This document shows, piece after piece, positions 1 to 9,520 of a stretch of DNA of 64,000 nt. Positions within the stretch are counted from its first letter, which is position 1; each line of letters starts with the position of its first letter. A program made the position numbers and the translations under genes. The stretch comes from Acidobacteriota bacterium (lineage in GTDB: Bacteria > Acidobacteriota > UBA890 > WLXD01): assembly GCA_963666215.2 (NCBI GenBank), contig CAXWPL010000005.1:960001-1024000 (forward strand). The letters run 5' to 3'. The notes under the pieces were generated by a model, which ran no database searches, was not told the DNA's origin, and worked only from the letters and a program-made list of their open reading frames with translations.

Positions 1-549
1 CGCTGGGGGGCGCCGCAAGAGCTGGTGCTCCTGAGGTCGCAGGCAGTCGTGATTCACCAGTAGGCCGTCGGTAGCGAGCAGCGCGCGTACCGCGCTGGCA
101 AGAAACCAGATCTCCTCCGGTGTCCCGTGGTGCCAGTTGAGACCCACGTACACCACGTCGAACGGCAGTCGCCCCGAAAGATGATCGAGATCCCATCCAC
201 TGCCCGCGACGAGCTCAACCTCGACGACGTTCTCGGAGAACGGAAACTGGCGCGCGAGGGCGATCTGGTCGGGGTTGATGTCAACACCGACGTAGCTGAA
301 ACGCCGCTCGGAATGCCGCGCCATCACCTCGCCTGGAGTCACCGGCAGCCCGCCGCACCCCAGGTCGAGCCAGCGGAGAATGCGCGACGGCCGCCTCGGA
401 GCGTCGAGCCGTTCGGAGATGATCCTGGCGACTGAGTCGGCGGCCTCACGATGCAAGAGAACGTTCGATCGCAGCAGATCGGCATACGGCCCGCCACGCG
501 AAAAGAACAGCTCGCGCCGCATCTCGAGATTGTCATCGAGTGGAAGCAT
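1..549 (-). CDS. Class I SAM-dependent methyltransferase (partial, runs off window start)
   Basis: Manual translation from ATG 549 (AGGAAGG upstream): MLPLDDN...RWLDLGCGGLP...YVGVDINPDQ...PFDVVYVG..HH, matching SAM motifs I and II. Not in the ORF track because there is no stop in the window. Confidence 0.75.
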   Translation of the reverse strand, partial: MLPLDDNLEMRRELFFSRGGPYADLLRSNVLLHREAADSVARIISERLDAPRRPSRILRWLDLGCGGLPVTPGEVMARHSERRFSYVGVDINPDQIALARQFPFSENVVEVELVAGSGWDLDHLSGRLPFDVVYVGLNWHHGTPEEIWFLASAVRALLATDGLLVNHDCLRPQEHQLLRRPPA

Positions 550-607
550 TTCGCCTTCCTGACCGCTCACCGCCCCATCCTCCTGGAGCTCGAAAGCCCT
601 CGCACCG

Positions 608-1423
608 TCATTGCAGCTCGAGCTCGACGAACAGCGGCCGATGATCCGACGCCACCGGCTCGTCGACGACACGCTGCGCGACAACACGGAAACGGCTTTG
701 CGGCGCCAGCATCACGAAATCGATCTCGCGGTCCGGAGCGTCCGACGGGAACGTTAGCCGATCGGCTCCCTTGTCGAGAATCGACCAGCGGCGGGCGAGA
801 AGGTCGAGCACGGGGGAGCCGGGGCGCGAGTTGAAGTCACCGGCGAGTATCAATGGCCGCGACTCGTCGGCGAGCGCATCGAACAGCTGCTGCGCCTGAG
901 CCAACCGCTCGGCCTCGGTTCGATAGAGATGAATCCCGCCGAACACGAGCTCGGTGCCACGCGGCGAGCGTACGGCTACGGTCAGCGCGGTGCGTGGCTC
1001 GTCGCCATCGGGCAATCGATGGTTACGAGTCTCGAGTATCGGCCAGCGCGACAGGACGGCCATGCCGTACTCGCCGCCTTGATACGACATGAACGCCCCG
1101 AACCGGGCCTCGAGGCCGCTTGCCCGTCCCAGCGCCACCGCCTGGTCGACACGGTCGGTGCGTTCGGTGCCCCGATCGATTTCCTGAAGCGCAACGAGAT
1201 CGGGCCGCAGGCGGGTGATGACCTCGGCGATGCGATCGAGATCAACGCGCCCGTCCATCCCGGCGCCATGGCGAATGTTGTACGAAACGACGCGCAGACG
1301 CTCGCGAGCAACACGAGGCTCGCTCTCCTGTGCGCCCGTGGAGGCTACGGCAGCAGCAACCAGAGCCACGACCACGAGGGCAGACGAGCCCTGCGCGATC
1401 AGCAGGATCGATCGCCGTCGCAC
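608..1423 (-). CDS. Endonuclease/exonuclease/phosphatase (EEP) family protein, exported
   Basis: SYNI, LQEID, AGDFN, IDF and SDH motifs; N-terminal signal peptide; start overlaps the stop of the upstream FG-GAP gene. Confidence 0.9.
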   Translation of the reverse strand: MRRRSILLIAQGSSALVVVALVAAAVASTGAQESEPRVARERLRVVSYNIRHGAGMDGRVDLDRIAEVITRLRPDLVALQEIDRGTERTDRVDQAVALGRASGLEARFGAFMSYQGGEYGMAVLSRWPILETRNHRLPDGDEPRTALTVAVRSPRGTELVFGGIHLYRTEAERLAQAQQLFDALADESRPLILAGDFNSRPGSPVLDLLARRWSILDKGADRLTFPSDAPDREIDFVMLAPQSRFRVVAQRVVDEPVASDHRPLFVELELQ

Positions 1424-3468
1424 TAGCGTCGAGAGCCCGCCGTGTTTTCGTGGAACGTCAGTCCACCGGCGATGCCCCCGCTGAACAGATCCAGGTCGCC
1501 ATCGCCATCGATATCGACAAGCGCCGGTGTTGTCATCGGTCGCATGGGAATGTCGAGAGTCCCGTCCATCTCGAAGCTCGGCTCGGTGACGCTACCCACG
1601 TTGCGTATCAGCAGAACGCCCTCGGACTCCGAGCCGACCAGGAGATCGAGGTCGCCGTCGCCATCGATATCGGCCAGGGCCGGAACGCTGCGGCGCCCGG
1701 CATCGAGTATTTCGCCCCCCACCTCGAACTTGTCGGCAACGAGCTCGAAGCTCGGCTGCTGTGCGCTGCCAACGTTGCGGTAGAAGTTGATCTCGCCCGA
1801 AGACTCGCCGACGAAGAGGTCGTAGTCGCCGTCACCGTCGATGTCGCCGAGCGTGGGCGTTGCGTTACGGCCGCGGCTCAGCTTGGCGATCTCCGGATCG
1901 GCAACCTCCCACTGCCACTTGGCGCCGCCAGAGTTGCCGTCCACGCGATTGACGAGGTACTGCAATTCGTCGTCCCAGGTACCCAGAAGGATGTCGATGT
2001 CGCCGTCGGCATCGAGGTCCGCGAAGGCCGGCGAGTGATGGTACACGGTGTCGAAGCCCTCCACGGCGCCGCGTTCCTGCAACCGCGGCTCGCTGGCGCT
2101 GCCGACGTTCTCGAAGAAGAACAATCGTCCGGCCTTGGTGTCGCCGGGCTCGATCTTGTTGCCCAGGAACAGGTCGAGGTCGCCGTCGCCATCAACGTCG
2201 GTGAACGCCGGGTAGCTGTCGCTGCCGACATCAATCTGCGACACGAAGCGGCGGCTGCGTTCGGTGAAGCGCTGTGCTCCGCGATTCTCGAGCATCAGAA
2301 AGTTGTCGATCGTGGAGTTGTTCGGGTTGAACGCTCCGCCGAGAACGCCAACCAGCAAATCGAGGTCACCGTCGCCGTCGAGGTCGCCGAACGCCGGGGC
2401 GTTGTAGCCACTGGTGACCACGGGGGTGTTGCGCGGGAACGATTCGGGCTCTGCACGCATCGAGGGTGTGCGACAGGAGCCGCGGTTTTCGATCAACAGC
2501 AGGCCAGCCTCGAAGAAGTCGCCCCAGAACAGGTCGAGGTCGCCATCGTTGTCGATGTCCTCGAGCGCCATCGTGTTGGCGCCGTGCAGCGTGCCGCGCT
2601 CGAGCGACGGCCGCCTTTTGTACCGCGTGTTCTCGACTCGTGGGCTCGCCGCCGCGGCGGTCAGAGCGCCGGCGTCCTGTTGCCGAGCCTGCGGGTTGAC
2701 TTGCAGATTCTGACCGATGATCTCGATGTTCTCGAAGCGGTCGACCACGTGGCGGAAAACCGGGATCCCGCCCTCATCCATGCGCGCAACTTCGAAGCGA
2801 GTGATGATGCCCTCAACGCGACCGACCAGCAGGTCGAGATTGCCGTCGCAGTCGAGGTCGGCGAGCTTCGGAATATTCTGACGATCGGAGAACATCTCCT
2901 CGCCGTCAACATCGAGGAGCTTCTCGCGAGTCAGCGCCAACCGCGGCTCGGTAGCGCTGCCGTCGTTGCGGAAGTAGCGGATGCGGCTGAAGCGCTCCTC
3001 GCCAAGAAGATCGAGATCGCCGTCGTCGTCAACGTCGACGAGCAGGTACCACTCACCGATGTCGAGATCCTGGTAGCGGTCGGATCGCCACACCAGCTCC
3101 GCCTGCTCAGCGCTGCCGACATTCTCGAAAAACATCACCTCGCCCGAGTACTCCTGGACGAACAGATCCAGGTCCTGGTCACCGTCGATGTCGGCGAGCT
3201 GCGGACGCGGCACGTTGAAACCACCCAGGAACGGGTGCACGTACGGCTGTCCCGCCTCGTCGAGCACCTCGAAGGAGTAAACGCGTCGCTCGAACTTCGC
3301 CTCGTCGGAAGCGGCCGGAACCAGCGCCGTCGCTCCCCCGAGCAGGATCACCAGCGGCACGAGCGCGCAGGCGGTGGCCAACCAGCTGCTGGCCGATCGG
3401 CTAGCGGGCGTGTCGCGGTGCGCGACTGCGGATGATCTGGATGACTGCATTGACGGTTTGTGACTCAT
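1423..3468 (-). CDS. FG-GAP/VCBS repeat protein (secreted Ca-binding beta-propeller)
   Basis: About 9 repeats of P-x-(L/F)-x-D-x-DGDGDLDL followed by Y/F-x-N-x-G; hydrophobic N-terminal segment; start uncertain. Confidence 0.88.
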   Translation of the reverse strand: MSHKPSMQSSRSSAVAHRDTPASRSASSWLATACALVPLVILLGGATALVPAASDEAKFERRVYSFEVLDEAGQPYVHPFLGGFNVPRPQLADIDGDQDLDLFVQEYSGEVMFFENVGSAEQAELVWRSDRYQDLDIGEWYLLVDVDDDGDLDLLGEERFSRIRYFRNDGSATEPRLALTREKLLDVDGEEMFSDRQNIPKLADLDCDGNLDLLVGRVEGIITRFEVARMDEGGIPVFRHVVDRFENIEIIGQNLQVNPQARQQDAGALTAAAASPRVENTRYKRRPSLERGTLHGANTMALEDIDNDGDLDLFWGDFFEAGLLLIENRGSCRTPSMRAEPESFPRNTPVVTSGYNAPAFGDLDGDGDLDLLVGVLGGAFNPNNSTIDNFLMLENRGAQRFTERSRRFVSQIDVGSDSYPAFTDVDGDGDLDLFLGNKIEPGDTKAGRLFFFENVGSASEPRLQERGAVEGFDTVYHHSPAFADLDADGDIDILLGTWDDELQYLVNRVDGNSGGAKWQWEVADPEIAKLSRGRNATPTLGDIDGDGDYDLFVGESSGEINFYRNVGSAQQPSFELVADKFEVGGEILDAGRRSVPALADIDGDGDLDLLVGSESEGVLLIRNVGSVTEPSFEMDGTLDIPMRPMTTPALVDIDGDGDLDLFSGGIAGGLTFHENTAGSRR

Positions 3469-3618
3469 CTCGTTAGCGCCGGAAGACGGTTTCAGAAGCG
3501 TGGTGGTCAGCTTAGACGACCACAGCCGGACACGCCGCCGTATGCGACAATCACGCCCCTCGGCCGCTATCGCCCGCGGCGCGTATTCTCGCCACCCTGG
3601 TCCCTAGTGGAGGCTGAC

Positions 3619-5639
3619 ATGGGGCACCTCCCACAGAAACTCCAGCGTGCGAGAGCCGGGCTGGTGCTGGTGCTCGGCGCGATCTTCTGGATCGCGCCAC
3701 CAACGCCGGCGGCTCCGACGACGGCGAGCCTGGCACGCGCATTCGCTTCGAAGATGTTTCGCGAGAGCTGGGAATCCGCTTTCGGCATCATGCCAACATC
3801 TCGGAGGCAGCGTTCCTCCCCGAGATCATGGGCGGCGGTGCCGTTTGGCTCGACTTCGACCGCGACGGGCGTTCGGATCTCTACCTCGTCGACAGCGGAC
3901 CCAACACGTTCGCCGACCAGGCCGCGTCGCTACGGGCGGCGACGCCCTTCGAACGCCCCGATCCGGAGATGATCGGACCCCGCAACGCGCGGCGCCACGA
4001 GGGCGACAACGCCCTGTCCCGCAGAGGACGCCGAGGCGGCAGGCGAAACGACGGCGCAACAACCAACACGTCCTTCGACCTCGTCCGCGACGCTGCGCCC
4101 GGTAATACCGGCTACGGCATGGGCGCCAGCTCCGCCGACTTCGACAACGACGGTTGGAGCGACCTGCTGGTGACCAACTTCGACACACTGGTGCTCTACC
4201 GCAACAACGGCGACGGGACGTTCTCCGACGTCACCCTGGCAGCCGGCCTCGTCAGCACCGGCTGGGCGACGAGCTCGGCGTGGGGCGACCTCGACAACGA
4301 CGGCTTCCTCGACGCGTTCATCGCCAACTACGTCCGCTATCCGCTGCACCGGCGGCCGCAGTGCGGCACGTCGCAGTACTGCCCGCCCGACGACAGCCCG
4401 CCTTCGCAAGATCAGCTGCTGCGCAACGTCGACGGCCAGACCTTCGCCGACCAGGGCGAGGAGGCGATCGTTTCGGAAATCGGCGGCACGTGGGGCAACG
4501 GTCTGGCAGTGGCGATGAGCGACATCAATCTGGACGGCCGCCTCGACATCTACGTCGCCAACGACATCACGCCCAACTTCCTGCACGTCAACATGATTGG
4601 CAGTGGCGGGTGGCGGCTGGAGGAATCGGCGCTGTTCACCGGCACTGCGGCGAACCGCAACGGCTACCCCGGCGCCAGCATGGGCGTCGACTTCCAGGAC
4701 CTCGACGGCGACGGCCGCGCCGAGATCGTCGTCACCAACTACCAGGGCGACACCAACAACATTTACCAGGCCGGGGCTATAGCGCGTGAAGACTACACAT
4801 CCAATCCCAACGACGACGGGATCTGGTTCATCGGCGGCGTCACCAGCGACAAGATCGACGCGGCCGTCGCCAGCTCCGAGCTCGACCTGTACGACGACGC
4901 TTCCTTCGAGCTGGGTGTTGGCGAGCCCTCGCTCGAGCGGCTCGCATTCGGCGTTGCGCTGCCCGACCTCGACGCCGACGGCGACGCCGATATGGTGATC
5001 GCCAACGGACACGTGCAGCCGCGCCTCGACAACTTCGCGCAACCCAACCAGGTTTTCGAGAGCCTCCTGGCGCAGCGACGCGCACAACCTGGCGCCAACG
5101 ACGAGGCGACGGCGGAGACCCAGCCTGTCACCGAGGCCCTGTTCCGTGACGTCTCGCTCGATACCGGAGAGGCCCTCATGCGCAACCAAACCTCGCGTGG
5201 GCTCGCCGTGGGCGACGCCAACGACGACGGCCTCCCCGACATCGCGATCGTCAGCCTCGACGCTTCGATGCAGCTGATGATGAATCGCACCCAGCAGCCT
5301 GGCGAGCGGATCGTGGTCAGGCTGCGAGGCAGAGCCTCCAACCGCGACGCCGTCGGCGCCCGCCTTCGAGTCGTTCCGCTGCAAGCAGCCGAGGGCTCGG
5401 AGCCAGGCCGCAGCGGGGCGCCGCAGCACTTCGAGGTGCGCGCCGGATCGTCCTACCTATCGCAGAACAGTCTCGACCAGTTCGTCGGCCTGGGAGCAGC
5501 GACCTCGGCGTCGATCGACGTTCGCTGGCCGGACGGATCGACCGAGCGCATCAACCAGGTCACCGCGGGGCAGCTCGTGCTCATCGAGCAAGGCCAAGGC
5601 GTCGTCGGGACGCGCGCATTGACCCCGACCTTGTTCTGA
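3619..5639 (+). CDS. CRTAC1-family FG-GAP / ASPIC-UnbV domain protein; frameshift near 3695 separates the signal peptide from the body
   Basis: GGAGG RBS and ATG at 3619 give a signal-like peptide. A second frame reads IRFEDVSRELGIRFRHH...PEIMGGG, then DFDNDGWSDL repeats and a C-terminal SNRDAVGARL...GSSYLSQ...GLG...VRWPDG. Confidence 0.82.
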
Positions 5640-5650
5640 GCCCTGACCCG

Positions 5651-8132
5651 CTACGGGCGATCACCCGCCCGTTTTACCTTGAGCAGAAAGAGCCCCTCTT
5701 TGCCGGAGGTCACCGCCACCACGCCGCTCTTGAAGAACGGGTAGTTGCTCCACGAGCCGATCGCGCCCGCGATGATGTTGCCCATCCCATCGTTGTTTCC
5801 TCACGGCACGGTGTCGAAGAAGCCGAGCTCCTCGAGGTTCTCGCGATCGGAAATGTCGACGACTCGTAGCCCACTGCGGTAGTTCGACTGGTACATCAGG
5901 TCGCCGACGATGTGGAGGTTGTGGTCGGTGGCGGTGCTGTCGGTGATGTACTCGCTCACGAGGATGGAGTCCTCGAGATCCTCGACATCCCACACCAGCG
6001 TCCGCGTCCCGACACCTCGTCGCCCTCGTCGTTCATGTAGAAATAGCGGTGCTCCTCGTCGAGCCAGCCCTGGTGGGTATAGGCCAGATTCGGATAGCTC
6101 GATGACGACAGCAGGCTCGGACTGCGCTTGTCGGTAACGTCGGTGATCGGCAGCGCCACGGCATCGGAGCTGAAGCACAGCTCGTTGCCATCGTAGCGAG
6201 AGTCGGGACCGTGGTAGCTCTCGCACTGGATGTCGTGTGTCCCCATCGGTCGCCGCCCCGCGGCTACGAGAGGCTCGAAGCAGCCGGCGAATTGTGGGTC
6301 TTGCGGATCTTCCACGTTGATCATGTGCAACGCGCCGCCGCAGGTCTCGCCGCCGGAGCTGTTGCCCACCGCGTAGGCGAAGGCGGTGTCCTCGTTGATC
6401 GCGATGTTGTGCGACGACGCCACGCGGCCGTAGTGCGCGTCTTCGGTGAGGTGTAACGGCTGGCCGGAGTACTCGCGCAGGCGAGTCAGGTCGAACACCT
6501 GCACTCCGTGCGGGCCGGATGCGTCGGCAACGATGAAGGCGTGGTCAGAGTGCACCTTGATGTCGCGCCACAGGCTCGCCGGCGACTGAGCGGACTTCGG
6601 CAGCTTGCCAACGAAGACCGGACGATACGGGTCGGTGACGTCGACGAATGAGGTGCCGTCGCGCATGCCGACGATAGCGTATTCCTTGTCGCTCTCGGAG
6701 TCGGTCCAGCCCCAGATGTCGTTGGTGGTGACACCGCGATCGCCTCCCATCTCGTGCACCGGCAGGTAGGCGATGAGGTCCACCTGGTTGCACTCGAAGA
6801 TGTCGGCGCGGCCGTTCTCGCACGGCACGCCGCCGGTGATGGCGTCGAGGCCACGCGGCGCGCTCAGCACCCGGGCGCGATCGAATCCACCGTTGAGCCG
6901 CGTCATGATGACGGCGGTACCGGCGCCGAAGTCATCGCCGGGGAAGGCCAGCCACAACAAAGTCGGAGTTGGCCGCAACGCTCACTCCGTAGGCTGTTCC
7001 CCACTGCAAACCGGCGGTGTCGACCTTGGAAACCACCGACCACTCGCGGTTGCGGCCACGGGCGAAGCGGTAAATGCGGCCTTCCAAGTTGCCCGCGCCG
7101 GGCGCTCCAACAAAGAACTCGTCGCCGCCCCAATCAAGCGATGCTCCGAAGAACGACGCCGGGGGGGGCGTCGAACCGGACGAAGCGTCCACCCGACGTC
7201 CAACCCTGGTCGGGAACGTCTACGTAGCCGTACACCGCGCCGGTCATGTTGTCGGCCCCGACGGCGCCGATGATCGCGCGGTCGCCGACAACGTCGAGGC
7301 TGTAGCCGAATATCGCTCCGCTGGCTCCGGCAGCGCCAGGAACCGTCAGCTTGACGGTACGTTCGAAGCCCTCCGCACCGCGCTTGAAGGCATACACCGC
7401 GCCGTCAGGTCGGTTCAGACCCAGCGCCGCCAGCAGAAACAAATCGTCGGGCGCAGCCGGAGCGCCGACCAGCAGCCAGTCACCGTCGAGCCCCACCGAG
7501 GTGCCGAAGGCCTCGGCGCGAGACTCAGGAGACTCAGGAGACCCAGGAGACTCAGGAGACCCAGGAGACCCAGGAGACTCGGACTCGGCCCCGGCCCCCT
7601 CGTCGGCCGCCGGACAGACCTCCATCCCGTCGCCTTCGAGCGTTGCCATGCGGTTCCAGTTGTCGCCGTCGCGCTCGAAGACGTACACGCGCCCCTTGCC
7701 GTCGTTAGCCCCAAGAACACCCACCGCCGCGAGATCACCGCTGAGACCAACAGCCGTCCCGAAGCCGCCGCCCATGCCGTCGCCCGCCAGCCTCGCAACC
7801 TCGACCCAGGCGCCGTCGCGCTTTGCGAACACGTAGGCGGCGCCGGCGTTGGACGCGCCAATCAACATGAGATCGCCGTCGACCGCCAAGGATCGGCCAA
7901 AGCCGTCGTTATCGGCCGACTCCGACCCGGTCAGCTGTTGCACCTCGCTCCAGCCACCCGACCCCGGCCGGTAGACGTACACCACCCCCGACGCGATCGT
8001 GTTGCCGGGCTCGCCGACAAAAACGTCGCCGCCCGACACCGCGGCTGTGCTCCCGAATCCGATTTGCGCATGAGCCGGTGCAACGCAGGCGACGAGCACC
8101 AACGAGACGAGTCCGCAAACGAGCTTCTTCAT
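5651..8132 (-). pseudogene. Disrupted choice-of-anchor B family protein (paralog of 9521-11977)
   Basis: Homologous motifs (NDIWGWTD, WRDIKV, SHNIAIN, YTHQGWL, SWSNYPFF) are split over several frames. Breaks near 7170, 6945 and 6010, plus an in-frame TGA at 5801-5803 where the paralog has Trp (DTVP*G vs DTVPWG). Confidence 0.82.
7521..7580. repeat. 9-bp tandem repeat AGAC(T/C)CAGG, about 6.5 copies, encoding an SPE/SPG linker
   Basis: Read directly from the sequence. Confidence 0.9.
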
Positions 8133-8313
8133 GATTCGATCCTGAGGGGTGAGAGCGTCCGCGGCGTTCGATGCAAGCCCGGACGGCAGGCGAAGGTAGT
8201 GACGGTCGTGAACGCAGAGCTTCACGGACGGCGGCACAGCAAGCAAGGCAAGGCGCGCGCTCGACGCGTCGCGGCTCAATCGTGCTCACCGGGCTACGAG
8301 CTCTACGGAAACT

Positions 8314-9510
8314 CTAGCGATGCGGGCGGGTAGCAATCCCGGCGGCGTAGGGCGGCACTTCGATCACGGCGACGATCGAACGCGTTGCGGTGTCGATCGC
8401 CACCACGGTGCCGGGCGGTTGCTCCCCTTCGGCGAGCTCACGCGGCGCGTAGCCGCCGTTGGTGTTGCGGCCGGAGACCCAGAGCGTGCTGCCGTCGGCT
8501 GAGATCGCGCTGCCGTGAGGCTCCGAGAGCCCGCTGCCGGCGATTCGGCCGGCGACCTCCCAGGTGGACGTATCGATCACGACAACCGAATCGGCCAGCC
8601 GCATCGGGAAGTGGACAAACGCTCCGTCCGGTGAGTAGACCGGGTGCCAGGGTGCGCCGCCGACGCCGATCGATTGGGTCTGCACCGGCGCCATCGGGTC
8701 GGCGAGATCGAACACGAGGATCTCTCCCGACATCTCGCCGCCGGCCACCAGGGTGTTGCCGTCGGGTGAGATCGCGAACTGAACCAAGGTGTGTAAGTCA
8801 CCGTCGACGTCGACAAGCTCGAGCCCGTCTTCCGTCGGATCCACAACGGCGATGCGGTTCTCGGCCAGGCTGGCGCTGTACACCTGGCCGCTGGGGCCAT
8901 GGACGGCGATGGCGTGGGGCCGTGCGAAGAAGACGTCGAGCTCCTCGATGCTCATGTCGCCGCGCTCGATCACACCAATGCGCTGCGGCGGATTCACCGC
9001 AGCCATGGAGCGGCCCACAAACAAGCGATCGCCGCCCGACTCCATGGCCAATATCCCTGGGCGCTCGAACTCGAGCTGGCCGACCAGGTTGTTGTCGCGA
9101 TCGAACTTGAGCACCTGGTTGTCGCCGATGAGCGACACATACCAGTGAGAGCCATCGGGCTCCACTGCCGTGTCGTGCGGCCGTGACGTGCTGGTGAAAC
9201 CGAGGGCGGTCAGATCGATCGTCGCCACGACCTCACGGGCGTTCATGTCGATCACCGAGACCGCGGCACCGGCCTGACTGGCAACGTAGAGCAGCTCGGG
9301 CTCGGGCGCCGCGTCGCTCGGCCCCGATGCGGCGGCGTCTGGATCCGGAACGTCTGAGTCCGGTCCTGGTGCCGCGCCACGAGCGCAGGCCGCGAGCGCT
9401 ACCGCGAATAAAGCGACGGCGAACAGAGCGACCGCCAGCCGAACAGCCGACAACAGAGCGACCGGGGTGGCGCGTCGCGCCACCCCGGCCCGAGACTGCC
9501 AGTTGATCAC
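8314..9510 (-). CDS. YncE/YVTN-type beta-propeller lipoprotein
   Basis: Lipobox-like ALAAC; LYVASQ..VSVID, PHDTAVEPDG, PHAIAV, PHGSAISADG and VVAIDT repeats. Confidence 0.82.
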   Translation of the reverse strand: MINWQSRAGVARRATPVALLSAVRLAVALFAVALFAVALAACARGAAPGPDSDVPDPDAAASGPSDAAPEPELLYVASQAGAAVSVIDMNAREVVATIDLTALGFTSTSRPHDTAVEPDGSHWYVSLIGDNQVLKFDRDNNLVGQLEFERPGILAMESGGDRLFVGRSMAAVNPPQRIGVIERGDMSIEELDVFFARPHAIAVHGPSGQVYSASLAENRIAVVDPTEDGLELVDVDGDLHTLVQFAISPDGNTLVAGGEMSGEILVFDLADPMAPVQTQSIGVGGAPWHPVYSPDGAFVHFPMRLADSVVVIDTSTWEVAGRIAGSGLSEPHGSAISADGSTLWVSGRNTNGGYAPRELAEGEQPPGTVVAIDTATRSIVAVIEVPPYAAGIATRPHR

Positions 9511-9520
9511 CCAGCTAACC

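Noticed and set aside
1330-3435. 701-aa plus-strand ORF, and similar long ORFs at 3930-5429, 23752-25008, 25516-27546 and 51688-54048
   Set aside because: Antisense shadows of motif-supported genes, expected from high-GC codon bias; no recognisable motifs.
5801-5803. In-frame TGA at a conserved Trp as evidence of TGA recoding or selenocysteine
   Set aside because: Many genes here end in TGA, Trp is otherwise TGG, and the same gene has several other lesions; a nonsense change is simpler.
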